From assembly GCF_009914755.1 (NCBI RefSeq), contig NC_060930.1: a DNA stretch of 64,000 nt; one strand, given 5' to 3'. Shown in pieces: positions 28,356 to 64,000 of this stretch. This DNA is from the human T2T-CHM13v2.0 reference genome, Homo sapiens. Every line of letters begins with the position of its first letter. The first letter of the stretch is position 1. The notes below the pieces were generated by a model, which saw nothing but the letters and a program-made list of their open reading frames with translations, was not told the DNA's origin and ran no database searches. Both the position numbers and the translations under genes were made by a program.

Positions 28356-31200
28356 TATTTGAAATGAATAATAGTGACGTAAGTTATCAAATATCAAAAC
28401 CTTTGGGATACAGCAAAAGCAGTTCTGAGAGGAAAGTTTTTAGTGCTAAATGCCTACATCAAAAAGTCTGAAAGGTCACAAATTGACAACCTAACATCAT
28501 ACCTCCAGGAAATAGAGATACAAGAATAAACCAAACCCGAAGCTAGCAGAAGAGCAGAAATAACAAAGATCAGAGCAGAACTAAATGAAATTGAAAGAAA
28601 AATACAAAAGATCAATGAAACAGGTGTTTCCTTGAAAACATAAACAAAATCAATATTCCATTAGCTAGAATAACCAAGAAAATAAGAGAGAAGGCCTGGC
28701 ACAGTGGCTCACTCCTGTAATCCCAGCACTTTGGGAGGCCAAGGTGGCAGTGAGCCGAGATCACACCACTACACTGTAGCCTGGGCAGAAAGGGAAAAAA
28801 ACAGGAAAATAGAAGATTCAAATAAGCTCAATTAGAAATGAAAATGGAGACATTACAACTAACACCACAGAAATACAAAAGATCATTTGAGACTGCTATG
28901 AACAACTCTGTGCACACAAACTAGAAAGCCTAGAGGAAATAGATAAATTCCTGGAAATATACAACACTCCTAGTTTGAATGAGAAAGAAATAGAAATCCT
29001 GAACAGACCAATAACAAGCAGTGAGATTGCCAAGAAAAAAAAAGCCCAGGCCAGAAAGATTCACAGCCAAATTCTAGCAGACATTCTTGGTACCAATCCT
29101 ACTGAACCAATTCCAAAAGATTGTGAAAGAAGGAATCTTCCCCAACTCATTCTATGAAGCCAGTATCACTCTGATACCAAAGCCAGGAAAGGACATTTTA
29201 AAAAAAAGAAATCTTATCCTATTTAAAAAAACAATGAAATCTATAGACAAATATCCCTGATGAACATAGATGCAAAAATCCTCAACAACATATAGCAAAC
29301 TAAATCTAATAGCACATCAAAAAGATAATTCTCCATGACCAAGTGGGTTTCAGCCCAGGGATGCAGGAATGGTTCAATATACACAAGTCAATAGATGTGA
29401 TTCACCACAGAAACAGAATTAAAAACAAAAACCAGACTGGGCACAGTGGCTCATGCCTGTAATCCTAGAACTTTGGGAGGCTGAGGCAGGCAGATCACCT
29501 GGAGGTCGGGAGTTCAAGACCGGCCTGACCAATATGGAGAAACCCTGTCTCTACTAAAAATACAAAAGTTAGCTGGGCGTAGTGGCGCATGCCTGTAATC
29601 CCAGTACTCAGGAGGCTGAGGCAGGAAAATCACTTGAACCCAGGAGGTGGAGGTTGTGGCGAGCCGAGATTGTACCATTGCACTCCAGCCTGGGCAACAA
29701 AAGCAAAACTCTGTCTCAAAAAAAAGCATACAATTATCTCAATAGATGCAGAAGAAGCATTTTCTAAAATCCAACATCTCTTTATGATAAAAACCCTCAA
29801 AAAACTAGGCATAGAAGGAACATACCTCAAAATAATAAAAGCCATATATGATAAACCCACAGCCAACATCACACTGAATGGGGAAGAGTTGAAAGCATTT
29901 CCCCTGAGAGCTGGAACAAGACAAGAATGCCCACTTTCACTTCTTCTACTCAACGTAGTACTGGAAGTACTAACCAGATCCATCAGGCAAGAGAAAGGAA
30001 TGAAAGGCATCCGAATTGGAAAAGAGAAAGTCAGACTATCTCTGTTTGCTATTGATATGATTGTATACCTAGAAAACTCCAAAAGACTCCTAGTTTGATA
30101 AATGAATTCAGTGAAGTCTCAGGCTACAAAATAAATGCACACAAATCAGTAGCAGTCCTATACAGCAACAATGATCAAGCTGAGAACAAATCAAGAACTC
30201 AAGAAAAAGAATTTTCTTCTGTTACCTTTAGGTTTGGTTTATTCTTGTATCTCTAGTTCCTTGAGAGCTAGAGATGTGTTTTAGAAAAGAACTCAATGCC
30301 TAAACTAAACTATTTAATAGGGTGTCTTTTCCCTATTGGGTTCTTTTCTAGAAGAACTCAATCCCTTTTACAATATCTGAAAAAAATAAAATAACTAGGA
30401 ATATATTTAACCAAGGAAGTGAGAGATCTCAACAACAGAACTACAAAACATTGCTGAAATAAATCATAGATGACACAAACAAATGGAAATACATCTCATG
30501 CTCACAGATTAGAAGAATCAAGACAATGAAAATAATGTGGTGAAAAGGGAATGCTTATACACTGCTGGTGGGAATGTAAATTAGTACAACCTCTATGGAA
30601 AACAGTATGGAGAATTCTCAAAGAACTAAAAGTAGATGTACCATTCAATCCAACAATTCCTGTACTGAGTATCTACCCAAAGGAAAATAAGTTATTATAT
30701 CAAAAAGACACCTGCATGCCTATGTCTATCACAGCATAATTCACAATTACAAAGATATGGAACCAACCTAAGTACCCATCAACCAACCAATGAATAGATA
30801 AGGAAAAGGTGGTATATATACGCCATGGAATACCACTCATTCATAAAAAAGAATGAAATACTGTCTTTTGAGGAACTTGGATGGGGCTGGAGGCCATTAT
30901 TCTAAGTGAAGTAACTCAGGAATGGAAAACCAAAATACTGTATGTTCCCACTTACAAGTAGGGCTAAGCTATGGGTACACAAAGGCATAAAGAGTGATAT
31001 AATGGACACTGGAGACTCAGAAAAGGGAGGGTGAGAGAGGATTAAGAGATAAAAAATGACATATTGGGTACAATGCATACTACTTGAGTGACCAGTGCAC
31101 TAAAATCTCAGACATCTCCACTATACTATTCACCAATGTAACCAAAAGCCACTTGTATCCTAAAAACTATTGAAATTTTTAAAATGTATGTTTTTAAAAA
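28355..31200 (+). mobile_element. Decayed 5'-truncated primate L1 (ORF2 fragments + 3' UTR) with Alus at 28693-28800 and 29436-29725
   Basis: ORF2 peptides [65 protein letters not shown]; L1 3' UTR. Confidence 0.95.
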
Positions 31201-31624
31201 AGTTATTTAATGAAACCAAATTATTTTAATAAATGATAGATTTAAAGTTTTTGGTAACATTCAAACATCATAGCTTAAGGCAAAAAAATAAAAATTAAAT
31301 TTTATAAAGAGCATAAAGTTTTTGGTAACAAAAAAAAGCACTGAAGGTAAGGGCAAAGGGCTTGAGGAAAGAAACAATGGCTTTGGTATGTTTCTTGGAA
31401 AGTAAGTAGAGTGAACATGAGAGCTAACTTTTATTGAATCCTAGGCATACGTTAGCTAATATAAGCCTCATAGCTGCCCTATGAGGAAGGTATGTTTTAT
31501 CTCCTTTTTACCTATATGAAAACTGAGGCTCCAGGAGGATAATTTTGTAGTTTTATGGTTAGACAGTGATAGGATTTAACCTCAGGTCTGTAAGACTATA
31601 GAGGGCAAAGACTGCAATACCCAG

Positions 31625-31966
31625 TATAGTAGTCCCACCTTGTCCTTGGGGGATACACACCAAGACCCCCTGAAGCCCAGATAGTACTGATCTTCAAATA
31701 CATATACACACACTGCTTTTTCCTATACATGCATACCTATGATTATAAGGTTTCATTGATAAATTAGGAACAGTTAAGAGATAAACAAGAGTAACTGATA
31801 ATAAAATACAATTATCACAATGTCGTATAACAGAAATTATATGAATGTGGTCCTCTTTCTCTTCATCTCTCTCTTTCTCTTAACATCTTATTGTTCTGTA
31901 TTATGGGTAACTAGTAACTAATTGAAACCATGGAAATCAAAGCTGTGGATAAGAGGAGACTATTGT
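31625..31966. mobile_element. Tigger2-type DNA transposon remnant
   Basis: agtagtcccaccttgtcc..gggggatac..caagacccc ... ggataagaggagactattgta inverted termini. Confidence 0.6.
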
Positions 31967-32489
31967 ATCGATTTTGCCATTTATCAAGATCAAATGATCC
32001 CACTGAAACATTCCATCCTCTTTGTCTTAAATCTTACTTTGTATATGTTAAACCACCTCTGCTTTCTTTTTTCCATATTTGATTGATAGTCATTTTTACC
32101 CCTTCTCCATGTATGCAAGAGTCACGGGGCTTATGAAATGCAGAGAACATGTAGGTACCACTGCCACTGCCATTGACATGTTCATTGCCTCAGTAAGTAT
32201 AAGAGGGCTTCCTTGCCTTTACGCTTTCTAGTCTGCCAGTAACAGTTATCTAGTCAATCAGATTTCAGAGCATTTGCTGCCAAGTAAAAACCTGTTACTC
32301 TTCCAGGAGTGATATTCAGACTACTTAAACATTGATTAAAAGTCTGAGAACAAAGCTCCCTTAAATAAGGATGATTTAGGCTTGAAGAGTGTTCAGAAAA
32401 CAGATTCTAGTCTACTTAGTACAGAGCTGCTGTCAGGACAGCTGAGGAGTAGGACTGGGAGGCAGTGGGATTAAAAATCAGACATCTAG

Positions 32490-32938
<449 letters not shown>

Positions 32939-32996
32939 CTAAGGAAGGGTTGCCCGCCTCCTTCTGATAGGGTATGAGAAGGGCTTGATTGATGCC

Positions 32997-33775
<779 letters not shown>

Positions 33776-33884
33776 TGTCCAAACTTTGACTCTGTTACTG
33801 AATGAGGGGCCATCCTGAAAAAGCCATTCAGTGGGAATTGGAGGGCATCTTTGATATCCATGGACAGGACTTTCTTATTCATAT

Positions 33885-36916
<3,032 letters not shown>

Positions 36917-36979
36917 AGGATCTATTTTTTGTTTGTTTCGAGACAGGATCTCACTTTGCTGCCCAAGCTGGAGTGCCAC

Positions 36980-37408
36980 TCAGGTCGGAGGCAGGACTCA
37001 ACTCCAGACCAGATGGAAGACTGGCTAAAACAAGGAAGAAGTACCAAAAGCATTCCTCCATAAGACATGCCTACCAGCACAATGGCAGTTTACCATTGCC
37101 ATGGCAATACCCAGAAGTTACCACTGCTTTTCTGAAAATTTCTAAATAACCTGCCCCTTAATTTGCATGTGATTAAAACTGGGTATAAATATGACTGCAG
37201 AACTGCCCCTGAGCTGCTACTCTGGGCACACTGTCTATGGGGTAGCCCTGTTCCGCAAGGAGCAGTACCTCTGCTGCTGCTATACACTACCGCTTCAGTA
37301 AAAGCTGCTGTCTAACACCACCAGCTTGCCCTCGAATTCTTTCCTGGGCAAAGACAAGAACTATCCCAGGCTAAGCCCCAGTTTGGGGCTCATCTGCTCT
37401 GCGTCATC
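36980..37408 (+). mobile_element. ERV1 solo LTR (MER66-like) inserted in a minus-strand AluJ (36925-36978 / 37410-37573)
   Basis: cagtttaccattgccatggcaa, aatttgcatg, gggtataaatatgactgc, gaattctttcctgggcaaag, ctaagcccca. Confidence 0.7.
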
Positions 37409-37760
37409 AATGCCTGATGGTAGTTCATTGCAGCCTTGACCTCCTGGGCTCAAGCAATTCTCCCACCTCAGACTCCCCAGTAGCTGGGAGTACAGGCACA
37501 TACCACCATGCCTGGCTAATTTTTATTTTTAATTTTTTTGTAGAGATGGCATTTCACTATGTTGCCCAGGCTGAGGATTCTTTAATCTTGGAGACTTAAT
37601 GTTTCACAAGCATGTGTCTGGGTGTGGGTATTTTTAATTCGTTTTGCTCTGTTATTTTCTCTGATATTTACTTTCTTTCTCTCCATGATCATTACTTTAC
37701 TACTCAATTTTGCAACTCTTTTGAGGACTCTCATTTTTATTTTTTGAAATGTATTTTTAT

Positions 37761-39848
<2,088 letters not shown>

Positions 39849-40319
39849 TGAAATAAAAGAATGCTTCAGTTGTCCAGAGTATTTTCCTGCTCTGATTTAC
39901 CTTCTACAATGGCCAAGAGAATGTGGTGATAGAATTGGGATATAGCACTAGTTTTGATGATGCAAATACATCCAGAAAAATTAAACAAAAATGATTGTAT
40001 GTACCAGGGGGAAAAAAAGAACACTTCAGGTAGACTAATTCCAAGAGCCAGTTAAACTGAAATGGAAACTAGGAGCCATGATCAGTAAGTCTGGAGAAAG
40101 AATTGCAATGTGCCTATTAAATATTCTCAGGAATAGTTTAGTTTAAAATCTTCTCAGTGACTTTATTATTTATTTCTCTATAAGTATAACTCAGCATATA
40201 TACCTATATACTTTTATAAAAATTAATTTGATTAATTAAAGTTGTTTTTTAAAACAAAACTCACATAGTAGACTAACTCCTCTTAAACTCTTTGGCCTTT
40301 GCTTTTCTTTACCCTCTTA

Positions 40320-42642
<2,323 letters not shown>

Positions 42643-43476
42643 TCACTGAAGCTAGCTCGGTTTTCATTAAAGATTGGGAAATTGAACAATGTTATATATT
42701 CTCAAAGGGAAGATAAACCTATATAATCTTTCCTGAAGGCAATCTGGCAATAGGAATACAAAAATATCCCTTTTGACCTAACAGTTCCACTTTGAGAAGT
42801 CTTAAGAAAGTAATTAGACAAGTGTGCAAAGATACATGAACAACAACAAAAAATCAATGCTCATCTTTGGAGGTGTTAAAAAAATTTATGTATGATGTTG
42901 GCTATGACTGTTTTTATCATAAAAAATAGAAATAAATAAATAATAATATAACCTTTCAGTGGGCTACACTGGAGCCATGTAACAGAATGTTGTAGATCTA
43001 GTTTGTGTTGATGGAAAAAGATGTTCATTTATATTGTGAAGTTAAAAAAAATACTACACAACAGTATATAGATAACAGAGTCACTAAATACTGGAATATA
43101 AAAAATTTGACAAAATATTTTCATTTAGAGTATTTCCCAAACATTTCTGATCATTTATTTTTGTTTCAAGCTCTTAGGAAATTCACAGGAAACTTCTATG
43201 CTAATATTTTCTTTCTAAAATCTTAATAAAACATAAGTAAGACACAATTGGCTTGTTTTGTTTATTTGTTTTTTGTTTTTGTTTTTGTTTTTAGTTAAGA
43301 AAACCTTTTTGTACTTTTCTCTGTCCTGACCAAGGTTGTTTGTTTTGTTAGGTTTTTTAATGTACTTGTATTTATTTATTTTACTGGAAATGAACCTAGT
43401 GGGAATAGCGAGTTGAGATTATTTATAGGCTGGTGAAGAGTTGGTCTCTGTTGATAGATATGAAACAATGTTTTCA

Positions 43477-45716
<2,240 letters not shown>

Positions 45717-46035
45717 TAAACTGTGTTTCATCCTTCAAGGAAACTTATGATTTGTATCTTTTCTATTCATGTGCAAATGTTAACCATGTTAATATCTGAC
45801 ATTTCTCATGGATTTATAAAACACTGTTTTCTACACACTGAATGATAGGAAAAAAAGTTATTCTCTCTAGGCAAGGAGTGAAAAGGGAAAAGAAAGTCAA
45901 CTAACATTTATTGCCTACCTACTATGTGATAGGCATTGCTTAAGAAAAACCTTCAATCCATGTTTTTTCTTTACTCTCATACCACAATAACACACGTTTC
46001 TGACCAAAGGTGTAGGTGCTTTTCCCCATAAACTA

Positions 46036-46330
<295 letters not shown>

Positions 46331-46612
46331 TCTACCATGCTGCCAGAGTGGCTGAAATGCAGGAAGACAATTATAATTGGAGCTTAGGCTATTGTGAGCC
46401 ACCTGAATAAATGCTGAGGGCTGTTCAACCTTTTGTTCTTTATCAAGGAGGCTATCAGGTTCGGAAAAGAATGTACTTAGCCAACATGGCTGGGAAATGA
46501 GGTTTTTCAGTTAACTGGGACATTTCCATAAAAATGTGCCTGCTTTGGGATTAATTAATATCACCCCCATATAAGGCTGTTATACACGGGAAGTAAGTTC
46601 TCAGGATTCTCT

Positions 46613-46783
46613 CTCTTTTTTTTTTTTTTTTTTTTTTGAGATGGAGTTTCCCTCTTGTTATCCAGTCTGAAGTGCAATGGTGCGATCTCGGCTCACTGCA
46701 ACCTCCACCTCCTGGGTTCAAGTGATCTCCTGCCTCAGCCTCCTGAGTAGCTGGGATTACAGGTGTGAGCCACCGACCTGGCC
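46613..46783 (-). mobile_element. Monomer-length Alu with perfect 16-bp TSD
   Basis: gttctcaggattctct at 46597-46612 and 46784-46799. Confidence 0.85.
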
Positions 46784-47594
46784 GTTCTCAGGATTCTCTA
46801 AGTTGTTCATAGTTCCAGAGTTACATTTGCTTTTTTCTTGGCAATTTTATTTTATTAACCAGTTGGGTGTCCTCCAATTCAATTCCGACACTGTCTACCT
46901 GGAGATAGTGTCAGATCCCAGGGGTTGGGGGCTCAGTCCCCAAGACCACCACCCCCTTCACAAACCAGTCCCAAGTCCAGGCCTTTGGAACTTCTGATCG
47001 ACTGGCTTCAAGGTGGGGTTCCAACAACCCACTCTTTGGGTTCAATGAATTTGCTGGAGCAGCTCACAGAACACTTACGTTTACCAGTTTATTATAAAAT
47101 ATAGGATATTCCAAAAGATACAGATGAAGAGATGCATAGGGCGAGGTGTGGGGGAAGGGGCTCAGAGCTTCCATGTTCACCCTAGGCCTGCCACCCTTCA
47201 GGAACATTCAGGAGTTCAGCTCTGGGAAGCTCTAGGAAACCAGTCCTCTCGGGTTTTTATGGAAAATTCATGATGTCAGTATTCACTCTCCCAGGGTATA
47301 GAGCAGGGCCCTCTCTGGTGAGGGTCTTAAGACCCACAGTCAGAAAGGGTTGGGGGGGTGGGGGAAGATTAGAGTCCCACTTCAGGGGGCAAGTGAAAGG
47401 AGGGCAGGAGGGCAGAGAGATTCCATTTCCTGAGGCCTGCCCAACACACTCAGCATTATAACAAAAACTATAACAAGGAATATGGGAGTTATGAACCAGG
47501 GACTGTGGGATAAAAACCAATATCTATTATACATCATTATACCACAGGCACTGTCATAGGCACTCTTTTATAATGTTTCCTTTTATTCCCTTAA

Positions 47595-48299
<705 letters not shown>

Positions 48300-48336
48300 T
48301 TAGATACAAAGAATAAACTTCCCATGCCCCCATTAA

Positions 48337-48735
<399 letters not shown>

Positions 48736-48759
48736 TAGCCCAGACTCAAACTACCTATT

Positions 48760-49272
48760 GATAGGAGACAAGAGAGTGTTCATGAGTCTCTCACATTTCT
48801 GCCCATCTGGTGAGCAGCAGTACTAACTGCCTTTGTTCCACACTATGTTTTTACCAAGTTGTATAGCAAGCAGGCTTGGAAGATAAAGATGGTATATCCC
48901 TCCAGACCAGGGGGCAGATATGCTTACAGCATTGGAAGACAGGGATAATGACTATCTATGCTGGGGAGAAAAAGGCAGCAGGCTTAATGTCCATTATAAA
49001 ACATTCTTGTTCTCTAAATTTGGGGATCCTTTCCTATAACACAACCCTCTGCATATACAGATGTCACCTGCCCCACTTTGTGTTTGGGACTTGGAGAACC
49101 AACACAAATGCTGACACTCTGACTACTGCTATTGCTTTGAGTAATAAACTGTCATTTGTCTCTGACCAAAGAGTAGCTTAGCAGTAATAGTAGTAGTAGT
49201 CGTTTTCTGCCAACATTCAAGCAACTGTGGCAGGCTAACCATGGCAGAGTAGAATCTCAGACCCTTCATAGT
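48760..49272 (+). mobile_element. Old ERV LTR (MER77/MER68-like)
   Basis: aataaactgtcatttgtctctgacc, actgtggcaggctaac, atctcagaccctt. Confidence 0.45.
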
Positions 49273-49456
49273 TTTTAATGTCTATGTGGTCCCAAACACT
49301 TTATGATGAAAATTAAGTTGGTCTTAGGTTGGTAGTGCCCTAGACAGCTAGTATAAGGAAAAGAAAATCCTCTCTGGAAGAACACCCTTCAACCTAGACC
49401 TCAAACAATTCCCACAGATATTGAACCAAAACTTTTAGTCAAAAGTCAAAAAACCA

Positions 49457-52035
<2,579 letters not shown>

Positions 52036-52232
52036 ATAGTAAGCAGACTATCAAAAAGGGAATTTGGAGATTGAGTTGCTTACCTAACATAGCATAAACA
52101 TGGTGAAATGAGTATATTAGCAATTCATGCAGGGCTGGCTTCATGGGCATACAGGCCAGGCCTTAGTCTCAAAAGGGACTCATACTGAGTTTAATACCCT
52201 GCTGTTGGGTCATTAAACTCCTAATAATTTTC

Positions 52233-52492
52233 TCTATTTAAGCTCTTGGACTTATACCAGCGATTTGCCAGGGGTTCTCAGGCCTTAGGCCAGAGACAGA
52301 AGGCTGCACTGTCGGCTTCCATACTTTTCAGGTTTTGGGACTCGGATGGGCTTCTTTGCTCCTCAGCTTGCAGACAGCCTACTGTGGGACTTCGCCTTGT
52401 GATCGTGTGAGTCAATACTCCTTAATAAACTCCTATTCATATATACATTTATCCTATTAGTTCTGTCCCTATAGAGAACCTTGACTAATACA
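52233..52492 (+). mobile_element. MLT2A-type ERVL LTR, 3' part
   Basis: cctcagcttgcagacagcctactgtgggactt, gatcgtgtgagtcaatactccttaataaactc, cctattagttctgtccct..gagaacc.tgactaataca. Confidence 0.8.
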
Positions 52493-52561
52493 CCAGTTTT
52501 GAAACCTGCTGCAACATTTCAAAGAAAATATTCACAGGCATACAAATAAAAACAGATTTTA

Positions 52562-53491
<930 letters not shown>

Positions 53492-53604
53492 TTATATTTT
53501 AGTATCTTAATTGCATTTTTTTCTGCTTTTTATACAAGGTCCTTACATTTTTCACTTTGCAATGCACCAAGCAAATTATGTAGCTATCTCTGAATGCATG
53601 GCAT

Positions 53605-54702
<1,098 letters not shown>

Positions 54703-54721
54703 TCATGGGATGATGACATTA

Positions 54722-55275
<554 letters not shown>

Positions 55276-55332
55276 ATGATACCTGAGACAGTTAACTGAT
55301 GGAGTATTGATAGCCATAAAGGTTGGTCCCAG

Positions 55333-55617
55333 GCCAGGCACAGTGGCTAAAGCCTGCAATCTCCACACCAAAGTGGGAGTATTGCTTGAAGCCAGGAGTT
55401 CAAGACGAGCCTGGGCAAGAACGTAACAAACACCTCATCTTCACAAAAATTTAAAAATTAGCTGGATATTGGGGCATGTACCTGTAGTTGCAGCTACTCA
55501 GGAAGGGGAGGCTAAGGCAAGAGGATTGAGCCAGGAGTTGGTGGCTGCACTGAGCCTTGATGGCACCACTGTACTCCAGCCTGCGTAACAAAGACAGACC
55601 CTGTCTCTTAATAAAAA
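55333..55617 (+). mobile_element. Diverged AluJ inside the retained-intron part of the retrocopy
   Basis: Degenerate Alu consensus. Confidence 0.8.
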
Positions 55618-56339
55618 ATGATTGATTCTAGAACTGTAGAAGAGATAGTTAAACAGCATGGGATATGAGGGAAATCCTCAGCAGTATTAATTTTGCATTC
55701 CAATTTCATGTTGACGTGATACAGACAATGACTTTTTGTTTTAAAGGCTTTTATCTTGAGAACATGGTATCTGGAGTTAAAGGTATTGGCGTATTCCACA
55801 CATCTGTACTATTCTTGAGTGTGATCGCTTAGGAATAAATATGATTTGAACTCATTCATGTTAAGAGAGGGTGTCAAATTGAGAACCAGGCAGATCCACC
55901 ACCTACAGTAAAAAGGACTTTAAATTGGCTGAAGAAATTAGATCCCAAAGATTCTTGGTGAATTTTGAAGTCTTCATCAGTATATCCATATTAAAAGATG
56001 ACAGAAACCAAAATAAAAGAATTATGGGCTGACAGGACAACTGAATTAAAATTAGCATTAGTTTCATTAAAAAGGGCTAACTTGAAGATCAATCTTTTGA
56101 ATCCAGCTCTTTAGAGGATCTAAAGTCACCTTGATGGACAGTGGAACAAATCACAACATGGAATTCCTTGAATAAAGATTTATTGACTTTAAATAATTTA
56201 GCCTAATGTTACATTTACACAATTTTTTTTAAAAAAACCTCTTTACACTGTTTCTAAAACAAACAAACAAAAAGACAAGATGATTTCTTCTAGGAGCACT
56301 GGAGAATAGAAGAATATTTCAGTAAGAATAAGAAAATGT

Positions 56340-59157
<2,818 letters not shown>

Positions 59158-59607
59158 TAAGACTTCCTGGTCACCTCCTTCAACAACTGGGAAACATCAG
59201 TTTTGGAACCCATAGTCATATCTAATAAAGGCACATTCTCTTGCCTTGTCTTAGAAATAAAATAAAACAATAATCAATACAAAGAATTGCTGTCTTTGGT
59301 CTCCATACTTTTCCATTTTTACAACAAACTTCTTATGCAAACCTCACAATATCAGCGTAAGAGTCAATTTTCATACTTTGACCCAACACTCTACCTTATA
59401 GGTAGTCAATGAATATTTTTCTGAATGAACAAACATTTTAATTCATTAATTAGTTAATTAAGTAGTTCTAAACCTAAGATTATTCTGGGGTGCGGAAGGA
59501 ACTAACATGAAAACTTTAGAGATATAAGCAGCCATATCAGTCTTTCCCTTTTTTTTGAACTTGCATCATTGGCTAATTAAGCACTTTTTTTTTTTTTTTT
59601 TTTTTAG

Positions 59608-59692
59608 TGTGTGTGACTCACTTTATTGCAATATTCATTTTATTGTGGAGTGGTCTGAAATTGACTCTGCAATATATTTGAGGTATGCCTGC
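59608..59692 (+). mobile_element. Tigger1 3'-terminal fragment
   Basis: gactcactttattgcaatatt..ttattgtggagtggtctg..gcaatat..gaggtatgcctg. Confidence 0.7.
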
Positions 59693-59704
59693 ATACAACA
59701 GCAT

Positions 59705-64000
<4,296 letters not shown>

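Overview
Primate (almost certainly human) genomic DNA, extremely Alu-rich. The only protein-coding sequence I can support is the first coding exon of CDK19 (minus strand, 21613-21740, [43 protein letters not shown]) in a CpG island at about 20950-22650. Left of it is CDK19 intron 1. Right of it is upstream sequence, which from recall is 6q21 leading toward AMD1, whose coding exons I do not see here. Nearly all ORFs in the supplied track come from Alu or L1 and are not genes. Non-coding highlights: (1) a chimeric retrocopy made of Alu + SNORA40 + retained intron + spliced 3' exons of the TAF1D snoRNA-host transcript, enclosed by one 17-bp target-site duplication (TSD); (2) a U6 pseudogene; (3) an overlapping uORF and an in-frame upstream ORF at the CDK19 start; (4) ERV LTRs with intact tandem GAS sites (MER41) and a consensus p53 element (LTR10); (5) several locally templated duplications. 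Repeat boundaries and subfamily names were judged by eye and are approximate. I found no novel protein-coding system.
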